DNA of 64,000 nucleotides. Origin: Candidatus Rariloculus versatilis. Its GTDB lineage: Bacteria > Pseudomonadota > Gammaproteobacteria > Steroidobacterales > Rariloculaceae. The stretch covers positions 8,380 through 72,379 of the forward strand of contig JAQAJI010000002.1 in the NCBI GenBank assembly GCA_028278665.1, read 5' to 3'. Each line of letters opens with the position of its first letter. Within the stretch, counting starts at the first letter, position 1. Under the pieces are notes generated by a model, which saw only the letters and a program-made list of their open reading frames with translations, did no database searches and had not been told where the DNA came from. Shown in pieces: positions 37,497 through 50,294 of the stretch. A program made the position numbers and the translations under genes.

Positions 37497-38411
37497 ATGC
37501 GAAGCTTGAGTGGCGCCCACGGCGCGGTCGGCTTGATGGCGGCCCTGTTGTTGCCGTGTATCACAGCCGTCGCACAGGTCGATCTCACCGGCAATTGGGT
37601 TGCCTTGTATCACGAGGATGCGCCCGAGCGCCTGCCTGGGCCGGCACTTGGTGACTACCTCGAATTGCCGATCAACGAGGCGGCCAGGATGCGAGCCGAC
37701 AGCTATCATCCCAACAGGATCTCCGCGGTCCAGGAGTATCAGTGCCGGCCCCACGGGGGCGACTATTCCATGCGCGGCCTCTCCGTACCCATGCGGGTCT
37801 GGGGAGAATACGATCCGGACACCCAGCAACTTGTCGCCATTCGCACCCGTATGGCGTGGATGGAGATGGAGCGCACGATCTACATGGACGGCCGCCCCCA
37901 TCCACCCGCGTACGAGCGCCACACCTGGCAGGGATTCTCCACGGGGGTCTGGGAGGGCAATACGCTCAAGACGACCACGACGCACTTCAAGCCGTCCTAT
38001 CTGCGGCGCAACGGCATGCCGCGAAGCTCCAAGGCGACCTTGACCGAAGTCTGGGCCCGGCACGGCAATTATCTGACCGTGCTGACCTACATCGACGATC
38101 CGGCTTTCCTGACCGAACCGCTCGTCAGAACCTCCAACTGGGCCCTCGAGCCCAACGCGCAGATGCGGCCGAACTCGTGCACGCCGGCGCCCGAAGTACC
38201 CGTACCGGAAGGCACGGTGCCGCATGTCATGCCGGGCGAAACCCCCTTTGGCCGCGAGTTTTCGGAGTTATTCGGCGTTCCATATGACGCGACCCGCGGC
38301 GGGGCGGACACCCTGTATCCGGAATACCGGATGACCATGGGCGAGGTTCCCACGGCTCCCCGGTGCAGCCGGTATTGCATTTGCACGGGGCTGGGCAATT
38401 GTCCGGAGTGA
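37497..38411 (+). CDS. secreted protein of unknown function, paralog A of the triad
   Basis: Signal peptide MRSLSGAHGAVGLMAALLLPCITAVAQ. It shares the motif series VDLTG.W / GDY...P.N / CRP.G / WQG.S / YLR.NG.P.S / DP..L..P.V.TSN / C with 39370..40170. GGGAG RBS. Confidence 0.72.
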   Translation: MRSLSGAHGAVGLMAALLLPCITAVAQVDLTGNWVALYHEDAPERLPGPALGDYLELPINEAARMRADSYHPNRISAVQEYQCRPHGGDYSMRGLSVPMRVWGEYDPDTQQLVAIRTRMAWMEMERTIYMDGRPHPPAYERHTWQGFSTGVWEGNTLKTTTTHFKPSYLRRNGMPRSSKATLTEVWARHGNYLTVLTYIDDPAFLTEPLVRTSNWALEPNAQMRPNSCTPAPEVPVPEGTVPHVMPGETPFGREFSELFGVPYDATRGGADTLYPEYRMTMGEVPTAPRCSRYCICTGLGNCPE

Positions 38412-39373
38412 AACCAGGCATGCGACCGCATTTGTTGCAATGGCTGTCGGCCGCGGCGCTGACGACGCTGCTGGCCGCTCCGGCCCTCTCCCAGCAGAGC
38501 GAGAATCCGGCTGACGCCGAGATTCACGTACTCCCCGTTCAGGGCAACGTTTACATGCTCGTCGGGCCGCGAGGCAACGCCGCTCTGCAGGTCGGTTACG
38601 ACGGCATCTTGCTGGTTGATACCCAAACCGCCGAGTTGGTGCCGAAAATAGCCGAGCGAATTGATGAACTTGCGGAAAACCCCGTGCGTTACATCATTAT
38701 CAATACGCACGTGCATCCGGATCACAGCGGCGGCAACCAGGCGCTGTCGAATATGGGCCGCCAGGAAACCGGCGTTGCAACGGAGATCGTCGCCCACGAG
38801 AACGTCCTCGTACGCATGACCGCACCGCCCGACGAAAGCGCGCCGGAGACTCAGCTATCTCCCGAGGGTTGGCCGACGATGGCCTATTTCCTGCCCTACA
38901 GGGACATTCACTTCAACGGGGAGCCCATAGAAATACTGCACCAGCCGGCGGCACATACCGATGGCGACAGCCTGGTCTGGTTTCGCCGCTCCGATGTCGT
39001 AAGCACCGGAGACATCTACACGCCGGAGCGTTACCCGGTCATCGATCTGGATCGGGGCGGCAGGGTCCAGGGTGTCATCGACGCGTTGAACCGGATCATC
39101 CGGATCGCGGTGCCCGAAGACAAGCAGGAGGGCGGCACAAAGGTGATTCCCGGGCATGGCCGGCTTTCCGAAGAAGCCGATGTGGTCGAGTACCGCGACA
39201 TGGGTACTATTATTCGCGACCGTGTGCAGGCGCTGATCGACGATGGCATGTCCCTCGAAGAAGTCCAGGCGGCCCGTCCATCGTTGGATTACGATACCGA
39301 ATACGGCGCCGATTCGGGGTTTTGGACAACGGAAATGTTTGTGGAAGCTGTATATCGGAGTCTCAGCGAATGA
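38408..39373 (+). CDS. periplasmic metallo-beta-lactamase-fold hydrolase
   Basis: Signal peptide MRPHLLQWLSAAALTTLLAAPALS, HxHxDH motif (NTHVHPDHSGG) and later ligands (AAHTDGDS, IPGHG). The start is GTG 38408, overlapping the upstream stop as GTGA, or ATG 38420. Confidence 0.82.
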   Translation: MKPGMRPHLLQWLSAAALTTLLAAPALSQQSENPADAEIHVLPVQGNVYMLVGPRGNAALQVGYDGILLVDTQTAELVPKIAERIDELAENPVRYIIINTHVHPDHSGGNQALSNMGRQETGVATEIVAHENVLVRMTAPPDESAPETQLSPEGWPTMAYFLPYRDIHFNGEPIEILHQPAAHTDGDSLVWFRRSDVVSTGDIYTPERYPVIDLDRGGRVQGVIDALNRIIRIAVPEDKQEGGTKVIPGHGRLSEEADVVEYRDMGTIIRDRVQALIDDGMSLEEVQAARPSLDYDTEYGADSGFWTTEMFVEAVYRSLSE

Positions 39374-40170
39374 GCAGGTTCACCCGAACGGGCATTTGGC
39401 TGGCGTCGGCGCTGACGTTGACGATTGGTCCCGCTACGTTGACGCAGTCGCAGACGTCTCCGCGGGTATCTGCGCCCGTCGATCTGACGGGCTATTGGGT
39501 GTCGGTGGTTACCGAGGATTGGCGCTGGCGCATGATCGTGCCGGGCAAGGGCGATTACGCAAGTATCCCGCTCAACGCCGAAGGTATCCGGGTGGCCGAC
39601 CAATGGGAGCCCGGCATGGTAGTACCGGGCGAGGAATGCCGTCCCTACGGTGCGGCGGGCATCATGCGTGTACCGGGCCGCCTGCACGTCTCATGGGAAG
39701 ACGATCTGACGCTGAGAATCGACACCGACGCGGGCTCGCAGACGCGACTGTTTCACTTTGACGGCGGTGAGCCAGCGCCCGAGATGGAACCATCCTGGCA
39801 AGGCTACTCGTCGGCGCGCTGGGAACCACCGCCCGGCGGACTCGCTTTCCTTGGGTTTGCCGCGCCTCCGGACCTTGCCGGCGGCGTTGGAATCGGCGGA
39901 ATCGGCTCATCGCGTTGGCGCTCGCTTGAAGCGGTCACGACCAATCTGCGGCCCGGATACCTGCGCTGGAACGGCGTTCCCTACAGCGCCGATACCGTCG
40001 TCAGGGAATACTACGATCTCGCCAACATGCCAAACGCGGATACCTGGCTTGTCGTTACGACCATAGTCGAGGATCCGCAGTATCTTGATGTGCCCTATGT
40101 GACGAGCACCAATTTCAAGAAACAACCCGACGATTCGGGCTGGAACCCGACATCCTGTTCGGACGGTTAG
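39370..40170 (+). CDS. secreted protein of unknown function, paralog B of the triad
   Basis: Signal peptide MSRFTRTGIWLASALTLTIGPATL. It is homologous to 37497..38411 along its length, with an internal Gly/Pro-rich insertion. ATG 39370 overlaps the MBL stop (ATGA). Confidence 0.72.
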   Translation: MSRFTRTGIWLASALTLTIGPATLTQSQTSPRVSAPVDLTGYWVSVVTEDWRWRMIVPGKGDYASIPLNAEGIRVADQWEPGMVVPGEECRPYGAAGIMRVPGRLHVSWEDDLTLRIDTDAGSQTRLFHFDGGEPAPEMEPSWQGYSSARWEPPPGGLAFLGFAAPPDLAGGVGIGGIGSSRWRSLEAVTTNLRPGYLRWNGVPYSADTVVREYYDLANMPNADTWLVVTTIVEDPQYLDVPYVTSTNFKKQPDDSGWNPTSCSDG

Positions 40171-40207
40171 GTCGTTCAATCGAATCGCCGGCTGTGGGCA
40201 CAGCGGG

Positions 40208-43719
<3,512 letters not shown>

Positions 43720-43753
43720 GGTCAGTGCATCTCCTGCGAAGCCGCGACGCGGC

Positions 43754-44857
43754 TCACAGCCGCATGGGCATCACCACGTACTGTGTCGTGCTGTTGTCTT
43801 GCGCCGTGATCAGGCAGCTCGAATCGCCGTCCCGCAGACCGATCTGGACGTTTTCCCCGTCGATGTGCGCCAGCGCCTCAAGCAGGTAATTCACGTTGAA
43901 CCCGATCTCGAGCGCGTCGCCGCCATACTCCACCTCGACCGTCTCGACGGCCTCCTCCTGCTCGGGGTTGTTCGCATAAACAACGGCGCTGTCTTCCCCG
44001 AGTTCAAGCCGCACGCCACGCAGCTTGTCGTTGGCGAGCACCGCCGCTCTCTGAAGCGCGTGGTGCAGTTGTGCGCGATCCGCAACGACCGTATGGGGCG
44101 GATCCAGCGGTATGACGCGACTATAGTCCGGAAACTGTCCGTCGATGAGCGTGGACGTCATCCTGAGACCGTCGAATTCGACGCGCAGGTGGCTCGTCCC
44201 GATCATCATGAGCACCTCGCCTTCCTGTCCAAGCAGACGATTGAGTTCGAGAATGCCCTTGCGCGGCACGATGACCCGCTGCGCTGACGCCGCTTCGCTG
44301 AGCGTCAGGTCGGACAGGGCCAGACGATGGCCGTCGGTCGCTACCGCTCGCAGCCCCTGCAGACCGTCGGTGCCGGTTTCCATCAAAAGGCCATTGAGGT
44401 AGTAGCGCACATCCTGCTGAGCCATGGAAAACTGAGTGCGGTTCAGAAGCTCATGCAGGGCCTTCTGGGGTATCCGCAAGGTCTGCTGGGCCGCCATCTC
44501 ATCGACGGTAGGGAAGTCTGCTGCGGGCAGCGTTGCCAGGGTGTACCGGCCTCGTCCTCCCTTGATGACCATGCGGTTGTCGTCAAGCGCAGCGCTGACT
44601 ACCGTCCCTTCGGGCAGAAGCCTGCAGATGTCGTGAAGCTTTCGACCGGGAACCGTCGTTTCGCCGCTCGCCTCGACTTCTATGGGTGTGGCGGCCACGA
44701 GCTCGACTTCAAGGTCCGTCGCCGTAACGTATAGCTTGCCGCCGGCAACCTTGAGCAGCACATTGCTCAGGATCGGCATTGTCGAACGGCGTTCCACGAC
44801 GCCGACAACGGCATGCAGAAGCTTGAGGAGGTCCTCCCTCGGTACGCTGAACTTCAT
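43754..44857 (-). CDS. dnaN: DNA polymerase III beta sliding clamp
   Basis: MKFSVPREDLLKLLHAVVGVVERRSTMPILSNVLL..., ending ...YVVMPMRL. 367 aa. Confidence 0.98.
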   Translation of the reverse strand: MKFSVPREDLLKLLHAVVGVVERRSTMPILSNVLLKVAGGKLYVTATDLEVELVAATPIEVEASGETTVPGRKLHDICRLLPEGTVVSAALDDNRMVIKGGRGRYTLATLPAADFPTVDEMAAQQTLRIPQKALHELLNRTQFSMAQQDVRYYLNGLLMETGTDGLQGLRAVATDGHRLALSDLTLSEAASAQRVIVPRKGILELNRLLGQEGEVLMMIGTSHLRVEFDGLRMTSTLIDGQFPDYSRVIPLDPPHTVVADRAQLHHALQRAAVLANDKLRGVRLELGEDSAVVYANNPEQEEAVETVEVEYGGDALEIGFNVNYLLEALAHIDGENVQIGLRDGDSSCLITAQDNSTTQYVVMPMRL

Positions 44858-45045
44858 CGTCTGAATTACCTATATACCTTTTTGGGTTATGGCGACAATA
44901 AGCCACCTGAAAACCGGTGAAAAGACTTAAAATCCCTTTATATACAATAGCCTAATGAGCCTTCCCCGGTGCATGAAAACAGCGCTATCCTGTGTAACGT
45001 CTGTGCGTGATTCCGGCCGGGAAAGTTGTCAATAGCTTGTTCCCA

Positions 45046-46368
45046 TCAATTCGTCAGGGTTCTGAACAGGTTGTTGTAGTCCTCCTCGATGCGGGAATCC
45101 GTCTCGCGCAAGCCCCGGATACGGCGACAGGCGTGCAGCACGGTCGTATGGTCGCGTCCACCGAAGCGGTCGCCGATTTCCGGCAGGCTGAAACCCGTCA
45201 ATTCCTTCGCGAGCGCCATCGCCACCTGGCGCGGTCGTGCGACGGAACGGGGCTTTCGCTTGGACAACAGGTCCGATACGCGGATCTTGTAATACGCGGC
45301 GACGGTCTTCTGGATGCTGTCGATCGTGATGCGCCGGTCGTGCAGTGCGAGCAGATCGCGCAACGCTTCTTTCGTGAGATCCAGCGTGATTTTCTGGCCC
45401 TCGAGCTCTGCCGTGGCGATCACGCTCTTGAGCGCGCCTTCGAGTTCGCGAACGTTCGACCTGATGCGCTGCGCCATGAAGAACGCAACTTCCTCCGGAA
45501 GCGACACGCCGACGGCGGCCGCCTTGCTCATGAGGATCGCAACACAATGCTCCAGTTCAGGCGGTTCGATGCGTACGTTGAGGCCTGAGCCGAACCTGGA
45601 CTTGAGCCGTTCGTCGAGACGATCAACATCCTTGGGAAAACGATCGCCCGTCAGTACGACCTGGCGCTGATCCTCGAGCAGGGCGTTGTAGGTGTGAAAG
45701 AACTCTTCCTGGGAGTGGTCCTTGCCCGCGAAGAACTGGATGTCATCGATCAGAAGAGCATCGAGGCTCCGATACGTGCGTTTGAAGTCGGCAATGGCGT
45801 TGAATTGCAGGCCGCGCACCATCTCGCTGACGAACCGTTCCGAATGCAGATATGCGACCCTCGCGCCGGGCTTGCGCTTCTGGATCAGGTTCCCGATCGC
45901 ATGCATGAGGTGCGTCTTGCCGAGGCCGACGCCGCCGTAAATGAATAGCGGGTTGTAGTCGAGCCCGGGGTTCCGGCCGACGCGGTGCGCCGCCGCGGCA
46001 GCGAGCTGGTTGCTTTTCCCCTTGACGAAAGTCTTGAACGTGAAATCCGGATTCAGCCGGCTGTTGAACGTCGATCGTGGCGACCCCGGCTCGACTTCAG
46101 CGGCCGGTTTTGGCGCGAGAAGTTCGCGGCTGCCGACGCCGAGCGTTACGTTGACGCCGTTGTAGTAGCGTCGGATCGTCTCCAGGCAGTTGTGATCGAC
46201 CCAATCCACCACGAAATGGTTCGGAGCGAGCAGCCGCAGGCCATCCTCGCCGCTTACGGCTTCAAGCGGCCGTATATAGGTGTTGTAGTTGGCTTCCGAC
46301 AGTTCACCATCGAGCACCCGAAGACAGTTGGTCCATTGGGCTGTTTCGGGTGAGGGGTCCTGTGTCAA
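45046..46368 (-). CDS. dnaA: chromosomal replication initiator DnaA
   Basis: Domain I ([24 protein letters not shown]), Walker [11 protein letters not shown], the sensor region and domain IV ([15 protein letters not shown]). The only start in frame is TTG 46368. Confidence 0.95.
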   Translation of the reverse strand: MTQDPSPETAQWTNCLRVLDGELSEANYNTYIRPLEAVSGEDGLRLLAPNHFVVDWVDHNCLETIRRYYNGVNVTLGVGSRELLAPKPAAEVEPGSPRSTFNSRLNPDFTFKTFVKGKSNQLAAAAAHRVGRNPGLDYNPLFIYGGVGLGKTHLMHAIGNLIQKRKPGARVAYLHSERFVSEMVRGLQFNAIADFKRTYRSLDALLIDDIQFFAGKDHSQEEFFHTYNALLEDQRQVVLTGDRFPKDVDRLDERLKSRFGSGLNVRIEPPELEHCVAILMSKAAAVGVSLPEEVAFFMAQRIRSNVRELEGALKSVIATAELEGQKITLDLTKEALRDLLALHDRRITIDSIQKTVAAYYKIRVSDLLSKRKPRSVARPRQVAMALAKELTGFSLPEIGDRFGGRDHTTVLHACRRIRGLRETDSRIEEDYNNLFRTLTN

Positions 46369-46443
46369 GGTCGCGTGCTCCGCGTCAAGAGCTTGTGTTG
46401 TTATCAGGGGGAGGAGTGCGAGTCTAATACGAGCCGCCCCCGG

Positions 46444-46452
46444 TTATCCACA
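46444..46452 (+). promoter_or_regulatory. consensus DnaA box
   Basis: TTATCCACA, a perfect 9-mer 76 bp upstream of the dnaA start in the dnaA-rpmH spacer. Confidence 0.7.
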
Positions 46453-46566
46453 GGCGCCGGGCATCGTTCGGCCCCTGCACGGCCCCGCGTGCCTCCCCCA
46501 CGGGTTTCCGCATACAATCCGTCATACCGGGCGCGAAATCAACTTCCGACGACGCGCTCTCGGCTA

Positions 46567-46595
46567 TTGACAGCCGATACGGCCCCGCGTACAGT
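46567..46595 (+). promoter_or_regulatory. sigma-70 promoter candidate for rpmH-rnpA
   Basis: TTGACA-N17-TACAGT, about 70 nt upstream of the rpmH ATG. Confidence 0.5.
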
Positions 46596-46665
46596 TACGC
46601 GTCGCCGAGGTCGGCGCATGTAGTTGTTTTTATTAGGTCTTTACTCCAGTTGGGCCGAATCCGCG

Positions 46666-46800
46666 ATGAAAAGAACGTTTCAACCGAGCAACCTTAGGCG
46701 CAAGCGGACGCACGGTTTCCGGGCGCGCATGGCGACGCGGGCCGGGCGCAAGGTATTGAGCAAGCGCCGCGCAAAAGGCCGCGCCCGCCTCACGCCTTAA
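46666..46800 (+). CDS. rpmH: 50S ribosomal protein L34
   Basis: Too short for the ORF track. Translation gives [44 protein letters not shown]. Confidence 0.96.
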   Translation: MKRTFQPSNLRRKRTHGFRARMATRAGRKVLSKRRAKGRARLTP

Positions 46801-46833
46801 GACCGGGGCCAGGGCGTCGCGAACCAGCCGCCG

Positions 46834-47199
46834 GTGACCGCCTCCGCTCTACCGGCAAGCAGGCGCCTAAGCAGGTCTCGACAGTTCGGCAGGGTATTTG
46901 CCAAACCGGTACGATCCTCTGACCGCTACTTCACCATGCTCGCCCGGGCAGCGACAGGACCCGCAGCGCGACTTGGCCTGGCGATATCGCGGCGCGCCGC
47001 GAAACGAGCCGTTGATCGCAACAGACTGAAACGCCTGGCCAGGGAATCGTTCCGCATGCAGACCGGACTGCCGAGCTGGGATTTCGTGGTCATTGCCAAA
47101 CACGGTGCGGCGAGCGCGGGAAATGCGGTGCTCAGAGCAAGCCTCGATGGACACTTCGACCGGCTGAAGCGGCGGGCAGGCCCGAAGCACGATGGATAA
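46834..47199 (+). CDS. rnpA: ribonuclease P protein component
   Basis: LSRSRQFGRVF...RLGLAISRRAAKRAVDRNRLKRLARE is the RnpA RNR motif. It lies directly after rpmH. GTG start. Confidence 0.9.
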   Translation: MTASALPASRRLSRSRQFGRVFAKPVRSSDRYFTMLARAATGPAARLGLAISRRAAKRAVDRNRLKRLARESFRMQTGLPSWDFVVIAKHGAASAGNAVLRASLDGHFDRLKRRAGPKHDG

Positions 47200-48865
47200 C
47201 GTACGGCTGATTCTCTGGTTCGCGCTGCTCGGCACGCTGTGGCTGGGCTACACCCAGTGGGTCGAGGACTATTCCTCCGCGCCCGACGGCGCACAGAATC
47301 CGCAAGCCGAACCGGTTGAATCCTTGCCGGACATCACCCCCGCGCAGCCGGCCGACCTGCCCGCGCTGACGCCGGCCGATTCGGCCGCGCCTGCCGCGGT
47401 CGAGGCTCTGCCCGAAGCGCAGGAAACGCCGGCGTCGACCGTGCGCGTGCGCACCGACGTCCTAGAGGCGCTCATAGACACGACCGGCGGCGACCTGGTC
47501 CGCGCGGACCTGCTCGAATACCCCGTCGACAAGGACAGGCCGGACATCCCCGTGCGCCTGCTCGACTTCAGCCCCCCGAACCGGTGGGTGTTCCAGACCG
47601 GAATGCGCGGCGTCGAGGGCGGCCCGGAACCCAATCACCTCGAACCTTTCCGCAGCGACGCGGCCGAGTACGAGCTTGCCGGCGACGAACTCGTGGTTCG
47701 TCTGGACTGGGCGACGGACGCACAGATCAGCGCAAGCAAGATCTACACGTTTACGCGGGGATCGTACCGCGTCGGGCTCGACTTCGTGCTCGAGAACGCG
47801 GGCGACGAGGCCTGGCAAGGCGTCGCCTACACGCGCATGCGCCGTGTGCACCGGCCGATCGACCGTTCGTTTACTTCCGTCGACTCGTATTCCTTCACGG
47901 GCCCGGTGCTCTACGACGGTGACGAATACGACAAACTGGATTTTGACGATCTCGCCGACGAACCCGTGACGCAGACCGTGACGGGCGGTTGGCTTGCGAG
48001 CATTCAGCACCACTTCCTCGCCGCCGCCGTCCCGCCGCCCGAGGAATCGGCGCAATACAGCGCGCAGTCCAGTGGCGGCGAGTACCTGCTCACGGCGATC
48101 AGTCCGCTCAAGGACATCCCGGCAGGCGGGCGGCTCGAGTACTCGACCCAGCTTTTCGTCGGGCCGAAGCTGCAGAACCAGCTCAGCGAAACCGGCCGGG
48201 AGCTGGAACTGACCGTCGACTACGGGATCTTTACCGTGCTCGCCGCCCCGATGTTCTGGGTGCTCTCGCGAGTCCACGAATGGGTCGGGAACTGGGGTGT
48301 CTCGATCATCATCGTCACGCTCATCATCAAGGTCGTGTTCTATCGCCTGCAGGCCACCAGTGGGCGTTCGATGGCCAGGATGCGCAAGCTGCAGCCGCGA
48401 ATGAAGGCATTGCAGGAGCGCTACAAGGACGATCGGCAGGCCCTGGGACAGGCGACCATGGACCTCTACAAGCGCGAGAAGGTCAATCCGGCGCTCGGTT
48501 GTCTGCCGATACTGCTGCAGATGCCGTTCTTCCTGGCGTTTTACTGGGTGCTCATCGAGAGCGTCGAAATGCGCCAGGCGCCGTTTTATCTGTGGATCGA
48601 CGACCTGTCCGTGCGCGATCCTTTCTTCGTGCTGCCGCTCTTCATGGGCGCTGCGATGTTCTTGCAGACCAGGCTCAATCCTGCACCCCCGGATCCGGTC
48701 CAGGCCCGGGTGATGCAGCTCATGCCCTTGATATTTACGGTGTTTTTTGCGTTCTTTCCCGCCGGGCTCGTCCTGTACTGGCTTACGAACACGCTGCTGT
48801 CGATGCTCCAGCAGTGGCGCATCAACGTCGTGGTCGAGCGCGAGGACAAGCCGAAGCCGGCCTGA
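47192..48865 (+). CDS. yidC: membrane protein insertase YidC
   Basis: N-terminal TM, large periplasmic P1 domain and a conserved C-terminal 5-TM core (GNWGVSIIIVTLIIK...PALGCLPILLQMPFF...). 557 aa. Confidence 0.95.
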   Translation: MDNVRLILWFALLGTLWLGYTQWVEDYSSAPDGAQNPQAEPVESLPDITPAQPADLPALTPADSAAPAAVEALPEAQETPASTVRVRTDVLEALIDTTGGDLVRADLLEYPVDKDRPDIPVRLLDFSPPNRWVFQTGMRGVEGGPEPNHLEPFRSDAAEYELAGDELVVRLDWATDAQISASKIYTFTRGSYRVGLDFVLENAGDEAWQGVAYTRMRRVHRPIDRSFTSVDSYSFTGPVLYDGDEYDKLDFDDLADEPVTQTVTGGWLASIQHHFLAAAVPPPEESAQYSAQSSGGEYLLTAISPLKDIPAGGRLEYSTQLFVGPKLQNQLSETGRELELTVDYGIFTVLAAPMFWVLSRVHEWVGNWGVSIIIVTLIIKVVFYRLQATSGRSMARMRKLQPRMKALQERYKDDRQALGQATMDLYKREKVNPALGCLPILLQMPFFLAFYWVLIESVEMRQAPFYLWIDDLSVRDPFFVLPLFMGAAMFLQTRLNPAPPDPVQARVMQLMPLIFTVFFAFFPAGLVLYWLTNTLLSMLQQWRINVVVEREDKPKPA

Positions 48866-48898
48866 GAAAATGGGCGCTCGCGATCGCGGAGGCCCACG

Positions 48899-50248
48899 TT
48901 GACAGCGACCGACCGCCAGACAATAGCCGCAGTGGCGACGGCGCCCGGCACAGGCGCAGTCGCCATCGTGCGCCTCTCGGGCGGCCAGGCCCTGGCGATC
49001 GCTAAGCGCCTTACCGGTATCGATCCGGTGCCGCGCTTCGCCGAGATCTGCTCGTTCCGGGACGCAGCCGGGCGCCGGATCGACCGGGGCCTGCTGCTCT
49101 GTTTCCCGGGTCCTCACTCTTATACGGGCGAGGATGTCGTCGAACTGCATGTGCACGGCGGTCCGGTGCTCTGCGACTGGCTCATGAAGACGCTCAATGA
49201 CTTCGGTGCCCGTGCCGCGGAGCCCGGCGAGTTCACGCTCAGGGCCTTTCTCAACGACAAGCTCGACCTGACCCAGGCCGAGGCGGTGGCTGACCTCGTC
49301 GACAGTCGCTCCAGGCGCGCGGCGCGCGCGGCGCTGCGTTCGCTGAGCGGCCGCTTTTCCGAAGAGGTCGCGACCCTGCAGGAGGGGCTGACGGAATTGC
49401 GCGTGATCCTCGAAGCCTGGCTCGATTTTCCTGATGAGGAGCTCGATCCGGCAACGCGCCACGAGCTTGCCGGGCGACTGGCCGCGGTTCAGGCGAATCT
49501 CGAGACTCTCACCGCCGGGGCGACGCGCGGTGCGGCGCTGCGCGATGGCCTGAGCGTAGCGATCGCGGGTCCGCCGAACGCCGGCAAATCGAGCCTGCTC
49601 AACCGGCTCGCGGGCTACGACGCGGCCATCGTGACCGACATTCCGGGCACGACCCGCGACGCGCTGCGCGAGCGTCTCTCGCTCGACGGCGTGCCGGTCG
49701 ACATCGTCGACACCGCCGGACTGAGGGCCTCGGCGGATCCCGTCGAGCGCGAGGGCGTACGGCGCGCCCAGCGGGAACTCGGCCGTGCCGACCATACGCT
49801 GTGGCTCGGCGACATCCGCGAAGGACTCGATGCCGCACTATCGGCCGCGTCGGCCGAGCTTGGCGCCGACCAGCCCTTTACCGTGATCCTGAACAAGGTC
49901 GATCTCAGCGCCGATGCGGCGGGCGGCATCGAGCACGCGGGCCGCACCGTGATCCGCCTGTCCGCGCTCACCGGCGCGGGCGTCGAACTGCTCATCGAGC
50001 ACCTGAAGTCGCTCGCGGGCTGGTCGGGCGAAGCGCCGGGGACGTTCAGCGCGCGGCGGCGCCACCTCGATGCGCTCGAGCGGGTGCGCGAAGCGCTCGA
50101 GCGTGCCGGGACGCATCTGCCCGGAGCGCTCGAACTCGCCGCGGAGGAGCTGCGCGCCGCGCAAACGGCGCTCAGCGAAATTACGGGCGAACTCACGAGC
50201 GACGATCTGCTCGGCGAGATCTTCTCGAGCTTTTGTATCGGCAAGTAA
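48899..50248 (+). CDS. mnmE: tRNA uridine-5-carboxymethylaminomethyl modification GTPase MnmE
   Basis: TIAAVATAPGTGAVAIVRLSG, G1 GPPNAGKSS, TDIPGTTRD, DTAGLR and the C-terminal FCIGK. TTG start. Confidence 0.95.
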   Translation: MTATDRQTIAAVATAPGTGAVAIVRLSGGQALAIAKRLTGIDPVPRFAEICSFRDAAGRRIDRGLLLCFPGPHSYTGEDVVELHVHGGPVLCDWLMKTLNDFGARAAEPGEFTLRAFLNDKLDLTQAEAVADLVDSRSRRAARAALRSLSGRFSEEVATLQEGLTELRVILEAWLDFPDEELDPATRHELAGRLAAVQANLETLTAGATRGAALRDGLSVAIAGPPNAGKSSLLNRLAGYDAAIVTDIPGTTRDALRERLSLDGVPVDIVDTAGLRASADPVEREGVRRAQRELGRADHTLWLGDIREGLDAALSAASAELGADQPFTVILNKVDLSADAAGGIEHAGRTVIRLSALTGAGVELLIEHLKSLAGWSGEAPGTFSARRRHLDALERVREALERAGTHLPGALELAAEELRAAQTALSEITGELTSDDLLGEIFSSFCIGK

Positions 50249-50294
50249 GGGGGGCGTTCGCCGCGGAGCTTCGGAGCCGTCTGCCGGGCGCGAT

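Noticed and set aside
40171-40207. Possible bidirectional terminator between the triad and gyrB (GCTGT-gggc-ACAGC).
   Set aside because: The stem is only 5-6 bp, the loop is tiny and there is no U tract on either strand. It is too weak to call.
47000-47300. Looked for yidD (membrane insertion efficiency factor), which is usually between rnpA and yidC.
   Set aside because: rnpA (ends 47199) overlaps yidC (starts 47192). No frame shows the Cys/His-rich YidD pattern, so the gene is presumably elsewhere or absent. This is not an anomaly I can substantiate further.
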